Shown: positions 50,168-64,000 of the stretch, in pieces | Layout: each line of letters begins with the position of its first letter | Numbering within the stretch: the first letter of the stretch is position 1 | NCBI RefSeq assembly: GCF_009914755.1 | Contig: NC_060935.1 | DNA length: 64,000 bases | Source: the human T2T-CHM13v2.0 reference genome, Homo sapiens | Strand: one strand, 5' to 3' | The notes under the pieces: generated by a model | What the model was told of the DNA's origin: nothing | Seen by the model: only the letters and a program-made list of their open reading frames with translations | Database searches by the model: none | Program-made: the position numbers and the translations under genes

Positions 50168-50471
50168 GGCCAAGTGCTGTGGCTCATGTCTGTAATCCTA
50201 GCACTTTGGGAGGCCAAGGAGGCTAGACCACCTGAGCTCAGGAGTTTGAGACCAGCGTTGGCAACATAGCAAAACCTTGCCTCAATAAAAAAAATTGCCG
50301 GATGTGGTGACCTAAACCTGTTGTCCCAGCTACTTGGGAAGCTGAGGTGGGAGGATCGCTTGAGCTCGGGAGGTCAAGGCTTCGATGAACCATGATCATG
50401 CCACTGCACTTCAGCCTGGGTGACAGAGTGAGACCCTGATTCAGAAAATAAATAAATATATAAATAAATAA
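50168..50471 (+). mobile_element. AluJ
   Basis: gtgggaggatcgcttgagctcgggaggtcaaggct...gagaccctg plus an (aaat)n tail. Confidence 0.9.
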
Positions 50472-50809
50472 GATATTTTTATTTTCATAGATATCACTTT
50501 CTTGATTAAATGTTAAATAAACATATTTATAATTTAATAATTTGTAAAATGCCTCTCCTACCCTTCTCTCTTTATATATCCCATACTCCATATCTATTTG
50601 TATTAGTCAGGCTGTGTAGGAGCATTAATTCATTTAAGCAGATTATTATATATCTATCTGGAGAAAAATAGTGATTTTTCTCTAAAATTGTATATCAGGT
50701 GAGATTTCTTAGAGAAGACCAATAGAAGAATCAATAATGAAAGACTATATTCGAATAGGTGCTAACTATTCTTTATATTATTATGAATAATAACTTATTC
50801 TTGGTCCTT

Positions 50810-50960
50810 ATGTCCCTTTCTCCATCTTCTTTTTCTTTATTATTTTTTCCTCTTCTCCTTTTCTCTCCCTCATCTTTCTCCTTCTCTTCCTCACCCTCCT
50901 GCTATTTCTCCTTCAACATTATTGTCATCATCCTTCTCCTCCTCCTCTTCATCATCATCT
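50810..50960. repeat. Polypyrimidine low-complexity tract
   Basis: CT-rich; explains ORF 50759..51052. Confidence 0.8.
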
Positions 50961-51785
50961 ACATGTGGATAGCTATGGGCTTCAAACCCAAGTGCCTAAA
51001 CAGTCTAAGCCAGGAATATGAATGCATGAAGTCAACTGGTATAAGGTTATAGGTACTAAACTTTGGATAAGTTACTAAACAAAATTCCTCTTTATCCACA
51101 TTACATTGTAAAAATTAAAGCAAGCAAATAAAAAACAGAACAGCAAAACAAAAACAACAAACAGCCAAACAAATATACCAGAGTGCGTTCTTCCCCATAG
51201 TTGCCAATTTGCTTGCTATCTTTGCTTTGCAGTCTACCATGGCCTCCAAGAATAGGTTAAAAAAACTACATGACCGAAAGTTGTGGACCTGACTACTGGT
51301 AACTTCTGTCTTACCAGAAGCAGTATAATAGAGTGGGTCAAGAACAGTCACTGGGACCAGATATCATCAGTGTTGTCTCCTGCCCCCATTTATGTAACTT
51401 TGGTCAAATTACATGACACCTTGTGTGTCTGTTTCCTCATAGGGTCATGGTGATAATTTCATAGGTAATTAGTATAAAATGCTAGCTAGAACTGTATCAG
51501 GTGTGGAGTAATATATGAGTCCAATTAAGCTTCAGTATCCTTAGCTATGCAATGAAGGAATGAACCTAAATGATGATTTCTAACATATATTTCTGTCTGG
51601 ACCCTTTATGTCCCTAAGCATTTTTACTCACATTGGATCCAGTGATCCTAACAAAATTATTGCGAGAAAGACTGAAAGATATTAATAATCCCAGTAACAA
51701 ATAAGGAAGTTGAGGCTCATAAAGGTTACAATTGTTTACCTGATGCTACTTGAGCAATATATATACAGTTGAATTCATATCTTTC

Positions 51786-52213
51786 TATAGTGGCGGCTGT
51801 GGTCTGTAACCGTCTCTCACCTTCAAGACCAAGACCTTCATTTGCTCAGTTACTGGAAATTTTGGCAGGTGACAGGTCTCAGCAGAGTCCTCCTCCAGAA
51901 TGACCATCTGCTGAAGAGAGTCACCTCACCCAAAGCCCTGCTTTCTTCCTTGGGCAGTGCACATCCAACATCTGGCCATAGTCGGGGTAGAGGTCCAGCC
52001 CTCTACCCTTAGTTTGAAAGGACTCTGCAGGGCCTTCTATAGCTTTCCATGGGTTCCTCTGAGGCCACTGCTGTGACTACATCTTGTTTGAACTCCTACT
52101 CCTGCTTCCTACTCCTTTTTTTTTTTACTGCCCCACAGGTGTCCATTCAATAAACTTCCTGCATACAAATATCCACCTCAGAGCATCCTTCTTAAAGCAT
52201 CTAACCTGTAACA
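51786..52213 (+). mobile_element. LTR16A-like ERVL solo LTR
   Basis: gctgaagagagtcacctcacccaaag...caataaacttcctgcatacaaatatccacctcagag...ctaacctgtaaca. Confidence 0.75.
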
Positions 52214-52995
52214 CTTTGGAATCCTTATAGGTCTCTTCTTGTAAGAATGAGGATGAGAAGGCACAAACATAAGCAGAGCAAAGCAGAAATCAGCTCATGT
52301 TTAATATTTTTATAGTGTCATCAAAGTAAAGACCCATTATAGGATTATAATTTTAAAGTTATATTTATAATCCAAAATATTTATAAAATTTAGTCATAAA
52401 AATAATAACTTTGACAGAAATAAGATAAATTGAAGTTCAATGAGTTTTAAGACTTTATATTTAAAATTGCTACATGTTGGTGTCTCCAGGTATTGCTTAT
52501 ACTGATTGTGTGTCAACCGCAATAGCTGGTATGTTTTGCTTTTGCTTAAATTAGTCTTGACACTTTGAAATCCTCAGAGTACTAGTTGTAACCTTGGGAA
52601 GAAAAATATCTATGCACGTTGCTAATCTACACAATGACTAGGAAAATCACTATTTATTACGAGAAGAAAGTAGACAATCAGTCAAACAATTTCTATTCTG
52701 TCTAGTCTAGATTTTGAATAAGCCCAGGAAAGGGGTATCACATTATTGCTAGCATTTTTGGCAGTTTAGGAGCATTTAAATTCAAAGGAATATAAAAGAT
52801 TGAGGTAACTTAATTATTGCTTCTAAGGGGAAGCTTGATATTAATTATAATACCACCAAGAAAAATTTAATGAAGTGAATTTAAATTAGTAAATACATTT
52901 TTATTTCAGTTTAGAGGCTGATTTTTAGAGTCTTCTTTGGATGCAAGGTTTAGCTTTTTTGAATCATTTAGACATTGTTTAAAAAAGCATGATGT

Positions 52996-53298
<303 letters not shown>

Positions 53299-53437
53299 GC
53301 ATTATCTGTGCCCTCCAATTTTGATGCTATTTTCTTACCTTTAGTATTTAGTTGAATATGTTGTCATGTTGACATTTATTTCTATGAAAAATGTATAGAG
53401 CCTGAAATAAATATCTAATACAAAGAATTATTCAAGG

Positions 53438-53835
53438 TGTATTAGTTTCCCAGGGCTACCATAATAAATACTACAGACTGTATGGCTTAAATAGCAGAAA
53501 TGTATTTCCTCAAATTCTGGAGGCTGGAAGTCCAAAAGCAAAGTATCAGCAGATTTGGTTTCTCCTGAGGTCTCTCTCCTTGTCTTGAATATGGCCACCT
53601 TGTCTTGCAAATTGCCACCTTGTCTCATTCTGACCTCACATTCTTGCTCATCAGTCCATTGTTTGTTGTCTATGTGCTAAACTCCTCTTCTCATAAGGAC
53701 ACCAGTCAGAGTGCATTAAGGAATAACCATATGACCTCATTTTACCTTAATTACCTGTTTAAAGACTGTTTTTCCAAATGCAGTCACATCCTCAGATATT
53801 GGTGGTTAACACTTCAACATACAAATTTTGGAAAG
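53438..53835 (-). mobile_element. MLT1B-like MaLR LTR
   Basis: tgtattagtttcccagggctaccataa...ttctggaggctggaagtccaa...tcataaggacaccagtca; internal 20 bp tandem duplication near 53578-53625. Confidence 0.85.
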
Positions 53836-54049
53836 AAAAAATTCATTTCATAAGAGATGGTAATGCCTATCTCAGCACCACATCAATTCATTGAACATGA
53901 ATAATGAAAATGAAATGTTCTTGGTTTGATTTAGAGCTATAACATTCACTAAGTGATGCTCAACAGAAGTCAGAACCCTCAACTGCTCTGCCCTAATGGG
54001 TGTAAAACTTACATAATAACACCACAAAGAATACATTAATTAAATAAGA

Positions 54050-54740
54050 GAATGTTTAGGAAGTTTGCTGTGACTATAGAAATCTTCTGGAGGAAACAGA
54101 TCTCAGCTAGGATCTAAAAGACAAGTAAAATGCAAATAGGTGAACAGGAGAGGAAAGGAAAGGACATTTCAGGAGAGTGAAATGATGTAACTAATGACAT
54201 ACATATAGACAAAGAGCATGGTATGATGAAGATACAGTGAATAAATCAGTCTGGCTAGAATAGAAGGTCACTGAAGGTATTCTGCAGTGGAAAACTATAT
54301 TAAGAAAATTAAACTGGCAACAAAGTGACGAATAGATTGCAGAGGGAGAGACTAGAGACCAATTAGAATGTTAATGCAATAAGTCAGACAAAGTGATATT
54401 GAACTCAGATAATGGTGTTGAAATTTAGACGATGGTAAAGATGCAAGAGTTATTATGAAGGAAATGGTAAACCAGCAATTGTTTTTGAGTATGAGAATTG
54501 CATGAGAATTTTCAGAATATTAATTTTGAAATGAATCTGCTTTTTCAGAGGGAAGAGAATGAATTTTCTTTTAGACATATGAAAGGGCCACAGATCACCT
54601 AAGTAGAAATATCCAGTATGCTGCTAGAAAATGGAAATGTAACATAGGAGGACATATAAAATGGAGATATATTTGTATAGGTGAAGTGTCCCATATTTTA
54701 AGAGTTGAGTGGGTAAGAGCTTATGGAAGATGTGGTTGAT
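54050..54740 (-). mobile_element. L2 fragment
   Basis: gaatagattgcagagggagagactagagaccaattagaa; agtagaaatatccagta. Confidence 0.55.
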
Positions 54741-55704
54741 AAAGATGTAATATGAGACATTTACAACAAATTTAAGATCTCGAAACTTGCATAATATTAT
54801 TGGATAACAAGATCCTGAATGTAATTCTACAGATACGGAAATAAAGACATAAAAATGACCAGTTAAATCAAAGAAGTCAAGAATTGCAAAGGGTCATTGA
54901 TATAATATTGAAATTATCAACATGCTGCTTGCAAATATCAAAGCCAAACCCTAAATTCAACTTGGAAAATAGAGACGGATCCTGATAGCAAGTCAGGTAA
55001 AGGCAGCAATGTGTTAAAAAAAATGCCAACTAATATAGTTTTCTATTGATGAGATATAAATGTATTACAGATCAGTGGCCATTTTTGCTCTGTATCCTCA
55101 CATGGCTCTAACAGTAGTGATACTTTTGAGATTATGACAACATACTTACTCTTTTAAATGATTAATTCTGGGAGTGTTTGTGTTTTCTCTTCCTATCTAG
55201 ATTATAATCCTCTTTTGAGAAAGATGTTCATTTTATTTCTATAAAGAAACTACTGCAAATTTTGGCACATAGCACTTTTAAGCATAAACTTTCATAAATT
55301 TTAAATACTTGAAGACTATAACTAAGGCAATAGTTAATTTAACCTGATGTGCAAGCATGAACATATACATATATGTATACATAGTTCAATATAAATGTGT
55401 TTAGAATAATAGAATATTAGATAAAGGAGACAGCAAAGAGGTTATCTAAGCAGTTTATTTTGCACATAATTTAGCTAACTCATAGAAATTTAAATTAAAT
55501 ATATAATATATTTAAATGAATTAATATAATAAATAAAGCCATTAGAATAATGCATGGCATGTAAGACATGTTCAATGTTCAGTATATATTGGCTATAGTT
55601 TATATTTTAAATTATTATCACATTCACATCCCCTTATGCACAAATACATGAGGGAAAATACCTGTAGAAGAAGCTCTTAACTATCAAACAGTCATAAATA
55701 TTTT

Positions 55705-55996
55705 GGCCAAGTGTGGTGGCTCATGCCTGTAATCCTACCACTTCGAGAGGCTGAGGCAGGAGGATTGCTTGAGCCCAGGAGCTCAAGACTATCGTGGGCA
55801 ATATAGCGAGGCCCTAATTTTTTGTAGGGACAAAAAATAAATAAATAAAGTTAGTCAGGCACTGCTGTATGTTCCTGTAGTCTCAGCTACTTGGGAGGCT
55901 GAGTCAGGAGGATTGTCTCAGCCTGAGAGATGGAGGTGGTATCACCCATGGCACTTCAGCCTAGGCAACAGAGTGTGATCCTGTCTCAAAATAAAA
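55705..55996 (+). mobile_element. AluJo-like
   Basis: gaggcaggaggattgcttgagcccaggagctcaagac...gatcctgtctcaaaa. Confidence 0.88.
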
Positions 55997-58900
55997 TGAA
56001 TTTAAAAGGCAATACATAAATGAATACATATTAATTGCCTATTTATAAGAACACTTTTAGTATTAGTAACAAATTGAAAGAATTTTGAAAATTCCGGTTC
56101 ATGAAAATAGCAGGCTATTTTCTAAGCTAGCATTTCCTTTGTTTCAAACATGAAATAAAGAATTTGAGAATATCATACACTATAAAGTTTGGTAAATATC
56201 AAGAAGTGTGATTAGCATTATTTTTACTATGGCCTTCTTAAGTAGCATTATTTAGATGAATATTTGAGATTCATGTACCATTGGATAATTTCTGTTTTAT
56301 TTATGACAGCATGTTTTCTATGATTTGCCACCCACAAAAGCAATGACTTCCTAAATATCCTACACGATACAAGGATCTAAATGTGGTGCCTGGAAAAGTG
56401 AGATCTTATGAGGAAGTGTACATGCCCCTAAGAGATTCTTCTTAAATAAATAGCTGATCCTAATCTGTTAGGAGCTGAGGCCTAGATTACTGTACACAGC
56501 CCTCAATGGCAAGGAGAGTTGATTTCAGGCGGCTGCCTGGTGTTTCTCCCTAGCTGGGCTCCTGTTCTTCAGCTTTACTCAGTGTACTCACAGTAGTCCA
56601 GTTATTGTACAGCAACAAATTGGGCATGCCACTTTGTATTCTATTGTAGATTTTTATCCTCAGATAAGCAAATTGATATCAGAAAAATATGACAAATTAC
56701 CAAGTGGTTGGATGACTGAAACTTATAAGCCCAATATTCCATTTTGTCATGAATATTCATATTAATCATATTATTCAAATATTCAAAGATTTTAATAGGA
56801 AGATTATTTGGAATTTTATGCTAAACTTAAGTTTGTACGAGTATCTCTTTTAGGGGATGGTATCATTGGATAACATCATATACCTCATATCTTACTGTTA
56901 GTAATCAAGCTGAACTGCATGTGAACTTGCCAGATGCCTTTTTTGTCTTGTTGCCAACCTTCAGTGAAAACAAGCAGGTTATGTAAGAGATCTAGTTCTG
57001 TTCAACCCATTTTATGCTGCACTTCTTAAGGACAGAACACTTAATGAAGGACAGCACACTTAATGAAGGACAGCTTGGTTATGGTTTCCAAAGTCAGTTG
57101 ATAAACATTAGCCCATATAAGAGGTTATCTGCAATATGCTGCTGACCTTGATCCTGATGCACAGATAATATGATGACACATTTGGCTGAGCACCAGGTTA
57201 GCTACCAGCTAGCATCAGGGAATGCTACTACAGTCAAACATAATTATCAATAGCTGCAGCATTTAGCTTTCCTGTTTAATACATCATAGAAAAGAAACAG
57301 GAAAGAAGCAAGAGGCAACAGCAGTTCTCTATAGCACCTTGATACACATTGTGAATGTCCACTTTAATGTGTACAGGGAGATGAAATATATTTCACCCAT
57401 GTCCTACAGCTCACTACGCACTAGGTGGATAGACACTTCACGCAAACTTTAAAAATCTGCTCTACTGACCATTAGATTGTAAATCCTTTGGATCACAAAG
57501 AAATATAGCATTTGTTTGCATATGTACAGATACCACCCTATTCCTGATCAAAAATGAACTTCGGTTTCCTTTAGGAAAAATCATTCTTCCTAAAGATGAT
57601 TATTTCTAAAGATGATTCTTCCTAACAGGGAGTAAAAAAATCATTTTACAGTTTTGACTAGAGCATATTCGGGGGTAGGGAGTAAGCAATGGCAATTTTT
57701 AAACTTTCCTGAACATGAAATCCATATCTTCATTTTATAAAGTTTCTTCCTTACACTGATTTAATAATAATTGACTTTCAATATTAAGACAATATCACCA
57801 AAAATGAAGTAACAGACATAGCCATTAGACTGGGATTGACAGGAAGAGCCTTAATAATCCTTTTACTTTCACAGAATTTTACAAAGCAATTTCCAAAGTA
57901 CCAAATCTTTTAGCCTTATGACTCTGTGAAGTGTTATTATACCCAATTATACAAATGACAACTGAGCCTCAGAAAGGTTACATTTAGGTAGCAGGTGGCA
58001 AAACCAAGCCAGGAAATTAGCATCCCCTGGAACACAGCATCCTCATACTCCTTCCCACATTTCTCTGCTAGGCAGGATGGGAGTCGAAAAAGTATGATTG
58101 CAAAAGTGGAAATTAGTTGCTGAATGTTATAACAAGATAATTTGAAGCTGGGGGATAGAATGGATCATATAACTTCTAGAATCATTAATAGTTAGAGAAC
58201 CAAAGAATTTGTTTGAATAAAAGCACCAAGATAACACTAAATAATATAACAGGGTCTATATAAATAAAGAAATAGCCATTATTTCAATGCATTAATACCT
58301 GAGACTGGCATATTTATATGCATAGATTTCTTTTTTTTTATTTTTATTTTTTTCTTTATTTTTATTTAAAAGATTGATCTTCTGAGGAATTCCTCCAAAG
58401 CCCCCCAATCAAAGGTTTTCATCATAATTGATGTGATGTGATCATCTTATGTGAAACATCATAAATAAACAAAAACATTAGAGGAAAATATATGTTTTGA
58501 GGGGTGGATTGTTTAGTGCTATAATTATTTGCTTTGGACCCTAGTCTTAGAGTTCTTAAAGGCCTCTAAATGGAGCTTGCATGGAACAGACAAACAAAAC
58601 ATAGCATCCCCAGTGAGCAATTCCCCATATTTTCTCATCAAATCTTGTGCAAAATGCCATGTAGAGGGGATTTGCACATTCTTGCCACAATAGATCTGCC
58701 AGGACATTCCAGCTTCTGTCCAGTCACCAGGCAACAGACTTTGGAGCTGATGGTAATAGAAAAAGAAAATATAATTAAAACAGATTGTTGTCCTCAGAGT
58801 GATTTCATTTAACTCAAACTTATTTTTATTTAACAAACATTCTTATGCTTGTCATTTCTGGTGAGAACATGAGCTCCCTACTGGTATAGTCTAAAAGTAT

Positions 58901-58999
58901 TCTCTAATTTTTTAGTCAGAATGTAATTGTCTAATTTTTTAAGCATGTATTATATGCTGCAAACTTATATAAGCATTTTGCATCTACTTTCCCAATTCT

Positions 59000-59440
59000 T
59001 TTTTAAAATTTTACTTTTCCATAAGTTATTGGGGTACAGGTGGTATTTGGTTGCATGAGTAAGTTCTTTAGTGGAGATTTGTGAGAACCTGGTGCACCCA
59101 TCACCCGAGCAGTATACACTGCACCATATTGTTGTCTTTTACCCCTTGCCCCTTCCCACTCTTCCCCCCAAGTCTTCAAAGTCCATTGTATCATTCTTAT
59201 GCTTTTGCATCCTCATAGTTTAGCTCCCGCATATCAGTGAGAACATATGATGTTTGGTTTTCCATTCCTGAGTTACTTCACTTAGAATAATAGTCTCTAA
59301 TCTTATCCAGGCCATTGCAAATGCTGTTAATTCATTCCTTTTTATGGCTGAGTAGTATTCCATTGTGTGTGTGTGTATATATAAATATATACACACATAT
59401 ATACACACATATATATATGAATATCAGAGTTTCTTTATCC
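59000..59440 (-). mobile_element. L1PB1-like 3' end
   Basis: ORF 59220..59408(-) MEYYSAIKRNEL...MFSLICGS is the ORF2p C-terminus; 3' UTR ggtgcacccatcacccgagcagtatacactgcacc; internal (TA/CA)n. Confidence 0.88.
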
Positions 59441-59523
59441 TAATTTCTTATTCAGAATAAGCAACTGAAGTCCCTCTCTCTGTGACTTTGGGGTAGAGAT
59501 AGGACTTCTGTATTTTTGCCTCT

Positions 59524-59954
59524 TAATATGGGCTAAAATAGGTCTCCCCTACGTTCGTATTTTGAAGTCCTAACCCCGAGTTCCTCCAAATGTGACTAGA
59601 TTGGAGATAGGGCTTTTAAAGGGATGATTAAACTAAAATGAAGCTATTAGGGTGGCCCCTAATCTAATCTGACTGGTGTCTTTATAAGAAGAGGAAATTA
59701 AACCAACAAAAAGACATCAGGCATATACATATACAGAGGGCTGGGTATGGAAAAGGCAGCAAGAGGGTGGCCATCTGCAAGCCAGGGACAGAGACTTGGA
59801 ACAGATCCTTCCCTGAGGAACCTGAGAAGAAACCATCCCTGCCAGCAACTTGACCTTGGACTTTTAACCTTCAGGACTGTCAGAAAATAAATTTCTGTTA
59901 TTTAAGCCGGCCAGTCTCTCGTACTTTATTATGGCGGCCCTAGTTAACTAATAA
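59524..59954 (+). mobile_element. MLT1B/C MaLR LTR
   Basis: ttgaagtcctaaccccg...atgtgactagattggagatagggc...aataaatttctgttatttaagcc...aactaata. Confidence 0.85.
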
Positions 59955-62434
59955 TTCTCCAGCACCCAATGTAGTGCCTGGCAGGTTGTTGCTGTTTCAT
60001 TGCTATTGATGAATGAATTTATTCATGCAGGAAACTGCCTCTTCTTGTTCCAAAGCAAAACATCTGAGCAAAATCCTGTATAGCCTCCTTTCTTTTTCTC
60101 TTGCCCCAGGACAATCTGATTGAGTGTAAGAAGTAGTTGGGAGCAGAGCATGTACATGTGGGTACTGGTATTGACAACTGTTCTTTGCCATTTACATTAC
60201 AGATTTCATAGAAAAATTTTATTTACAGATATTATTTTCCCCTTGAAATGTTTTTGGTGTGATAACCACACGAGAAAAAAAAAGTACAGAGATTGCAAAA
60301 ACAAATGAAAACATACAAGCATAATAATTTTTCCCTTCTGTGGTTTTGTTTTTCCATTTTGTGTCTCATAACTTGGAAAGGGCTTTGGGATTAAAAAAAG
60401 AGCTTTGGCTCTCAAACATGTTCCTCGGAAAAAAATAGTTGCAGTTTTCACCTTTAGTTTCCATGGCATGCTCCCAGGAGAAAGCATTTTGCATCCTGTA
60501 ATCTCTTGATGTAGTTTATAGAGAATGAAGACTCCTATCTGGCATCCAGTATAACTAATTATTCTACTCACTAAAGAAAATTAGCAGCTTGACATTTTAA
60601 ATGATGACCTGGAATTTATATTTTGTGGACCACATTGATCTTTGAGACAAACTGATGAGGGTTTTATAAATGTGCAAAACATAATTATCCAATTATATTT
60701 TATTGTGAGCATGATTATTTCTGGCAATTGTGACAGAAGGAACAAAGGCTAGGCATGAACATACAATTACATTCCTTTTTTAGGACTTTGGCTACAAATG
60801 CTACTTACAGTCTGTTAAGATCTTACATTCATTCTGCAAACTTTTCCCTATATCAGAGAAAAAGAGATCTTTTATTTCATGTTCAGGAAAGTCAAAGCTC
60901 AAATTCAGATAAAAATGAAGTTAAGTGCTAAATTCTCCCTTGGAACAATGGGTGGATTGTATGGTTTGCAATTATCATATCAAGCCTTTCATGAGAATAT
61001 AAGTATTCAACACATAATACATTGTCAAAACATTTATGCCTTTGTCTTTGTCTATTATATTGAAAGGTAATTCTCCTGTATGGCATGGTCTAGCACAAGA
61101 CAGTATTATTTTGAATGTAAAAATAATATAGAGTGTTGGGGTGCTATGTATTTCTAACATTATAATTATTATGGTGATTATATTACCTAATTAAAACTTT
61201 TCTTTTTTATTGATAAAGAATTAAATATTGGAAAATAATTAAGTTTTACTAAATGCACTCAGTGAAGATTTTGGTAGAACAGAAAAATCAACTCATGAGC
61301 CAGTGTTAGTAAACATTTTTGTGCCTCTTAAAACCTCTTGCACTTCAATAGTTATAATTATTATTGAAAGTCCTTGAGGAACTCTTTCAACAATTGCACA
61401 ATTATAATTTGCAGATTCAGCTTTGAGTGTGAACTATGAGTTTATTAACTTTCATTGATTCTGTTTTTGCAGTGTCTACCATATCTATCTTTTCCTGTTC
61501 CACTATAACCACACTGGTTCAGATACCTATCTTCTTCCTGAATTGCTATAAAAATCTTCATCTTTCTAACTCTGTTCTATTTGAATAATATATCCTTCAT
61601 AAAGATACCAGATTGATCTTACAAAAATATTGTCATCATCAAAAAATATAAACTCATTCCACAGTGGGAAAAGTTTAATATATAGCTTCATGGCAAAATG
61701 GAATCATATTTTCTTCAACCCAGTCTATTCACTTATCTTTTCCATGAGTAATTGCTCTCATAATTACTTTCTATGGCTACAAACTACAAAAATGTTTAAG
61801 TAAAGGAACTAATTATTTTTCATGAAACCTGATAGTAATTGAGAAGAAAACACTCTTACTGGCAAGCACATTGCATTCAAGACTCTCCCCTAAGTCACTC
61901 TTAACTACTCCAATTGTATTACGTGTCCCCAGATCGCTAGTTGAGTATATGCTGCCACCACCACACTTTATCTCATCTAAATGTGAACAAATACCCTTCC
62001 GTTAAAGTAACCAGAGGAAGATGGATGATTTAAACAAAACAGGATTAGTAAGTTTAAGAATAAATACAAAGCATAAAACCAAGTTACACATAGAAATCAG
62101 AATATTTACCCAAATTAAAATTAAGGTAGGAACTTTCTGGGCTTAAAACCTTTCTGCTTAGCAATGTCTCATCTGTTTCTAATTCTAGACTCAGGTCTTC
62201 AAATAAGATGGAGAAGCTGTAGGTTTGCACTCTTCCTGTAATCAATGACAGTTTCAACCTCTTCAGAGCCCAATTTGTCGACTTCTATACGTGTGTGAAG
62301 TCACAGGTTATTCTCTCCAAAATCATGAATTGAACTACACTTCAGCTTCCCTGGCCTTGTCAGTGTACCCAGCTATAGGGTCTGTCTCCTAAATAAGAAA
62401 TAAAATGTTTATACATGGCCGCAACCCTTAGGGG

Positions 62435-62865
62435 TAGATAGCAGAAGTCTCAATTTTGGGTTCTTCATTGTATTCATGCCCTTCCATGGATAGCTTTGCA
62501 ATTCCCCACCTCTAGCTCTGATTCTAGGCTCTGACTGGAGGCTTGCATTGGGATGTTAGCAAACGTGATACAATCAGAAGACAGGAAAGTGCATATAAAA
62601 TTGAGCTTCCTCTCTCTCTTGCACCCCTCTTACCTCTGTGAAAACTTTTCTGGGCTGTCCTTCTGGAAGATGAGAGACACAGAGAGCAAATCCAGTTACC
62701 CTATTTGCCCTGGTTGACCTTGAGATATTTGAGTGAGTTTATCTAAGGTCAGCCAGGTTCCCTATCTGATCAGCCCAGTGTGTGCCATCCATGTTGATGT
62801 TGTGTGTCACACTGAGTTTTATGAAGGTTACACAGCATTACTGTGCAACAGATAGCTCATATGCG
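62435..62865 (+). mobile_element. MLT1F/G-like MaLR LTR
   Basis: gggatgttagcaaacgtgatacaa...gatgagagacac...acacagcattactgtgcaacagatagct. Confidence 0.6.
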
Positions 62866-62929
62866 CCTCTCCCACTTTATCTATACTTCAAATCAGTCCG
62901 TAATAATTCTTTAAACGTATATGTTAAAG

Positions 62930-63141
62930 CAGGAGTGTCCAATCTTTTGACTTCCCTGGGCTACATTGAAAGAATTGTCTTGAGCCACACATAAAATATA
63001 CTAACACTAGCAAGAGCTCATGAGCTAAAAAAAATTGCAAAAAAGTCTCATAATGGTTTAAGAAAGTTCAGGAATTTGTATTGGACTGCATTCAAAGCTG
63101 TCCTGGGCTGCATGTGGCCCATGGGCCATGGGTTGGACAAG
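62930..63141 (+). mobile_element. MER30 (hAT-Charlie)
   Basis: caggagtgtccaatcttttgacttccctggg...gggttggacaag with a perfect 8 bp TSD tgttaaag (62922-62929 / 63142-63149). Confidence 0.92.
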
Positions 63142-63639
63142 TGTTAAAGGCTACACAATCATCAAATGTATGGATTAGCTAAATTTGAGCATTTTTGTGG
63201 AAAGTAATGATTAAGGGCAAACCTTGTATATTGTAAGATATCAGATACAAAGTAAAAACTACTTTGTCCATCAGTGAACCTTTTTAACGGCTAATTTTGC
63301 TCCAAGAGTTAGGGGAAACTAAAAGGAGATTCCATTTAAAGAAAGAATTTTCCTGAGTGATCAAGATACAAAGCACTTCATATTAATTATAGTGGAAGAA
63401 AGCTGTAAGGTAAATTTGACACAGTCTCTATCCTGTAAGAAGTAGCAGTCAGATGAATTTCAAATGTGTATGAAATTCATTTTCAAGATTTTCAGCTGTT
63501 TATGCACCTTTCAATCCTCACTCCTACTGCCTTGGTTCAGGATTCCATTATCTCATAAGTTGAAAGTGAAAACAGCCTCCCCCAATCCATCCTTCACTGT
63601 GCCAAAATGATCTTCATTAACCATAAATCTGACTAGTCA

Positions 63640-64000
63640 GATTCTTGGCACCAACTGGAAGTGGACAGCTGCAGCATTATAGCCTCAATCAGGAGTATTT
63701 TCGAAAGAGAGTGATGAGATGAAAAGAAACCCTCTCAGAGACAGAACTTCTAATAGTATATTTCATTATCCTCTGTCTCCACTGAGAAGTGTTTATATAT
63801 ATGAATCTATACTAGTTTAAGGGCAAAGGCTAATGGTTTGTTTAGATGGTCAAAAGTTTGAAAAGAACAGATTTGAAAGGTTGACAACAAGGAGGTCTGA
63901 GGAAGAGATGTGCAGATGACCTCTTGAAATGCACAGAAAGCGTGGAAGTATTTTTGACCCAAGGTCCCTAAAGAGAAATAATTGCATGCAGAAGATATTC
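63640..64000 (+). mobile_element. ERVL-class pol (RNase H) remnant, continues past the window end
   Basis: Degenerate codons for GT..KWTAAAL, YT...ANGL..WS..W, KEVWGR typical of ERVL RNase H, with stops. Confidence 0.65.

Overview
AT-rich, CpG-depleted primate genomic DNA (intronic or intergenic). It is probably from an Old World monkey, judged from two diagnostic bases in a young AluY at 41581-41887. I can support no host protein-coding exon, RNA gene or CpG island. The window is a layered record of transposable elements: L2/MIR, hAT and Tigger MITEs, MaLR/ERVL solo LTRs, L1M/L1PB/L1PA fragments and ten Alus. The most unusual object is a ~4.85 kb LTR8/HUERS-P1-type endogenous retrovirus (24425-29282) with mRNA rather than provirus structure: R-U5, PBS(Pro), internal region, PPT, U3-R, A-rich tail, flanked by a degenerate ~12 bp TSD at a TT/AAAT site. 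This suggests an ERV transcript retroposed in trans by L1. Other oddities are an old L1PA copy with a ~559-codon uninterrupted ORF2 frame and an apparent C>A/G>T excess, an ancient twin-primed L1MC inversion, a four-level nested insertion, a minisatellite born from an Alu end, and a 42 bp duplication bracketing templated AT filler. Family names come from recalled consensus sequences, not a database search, and boundaries of old repeats are approximate.
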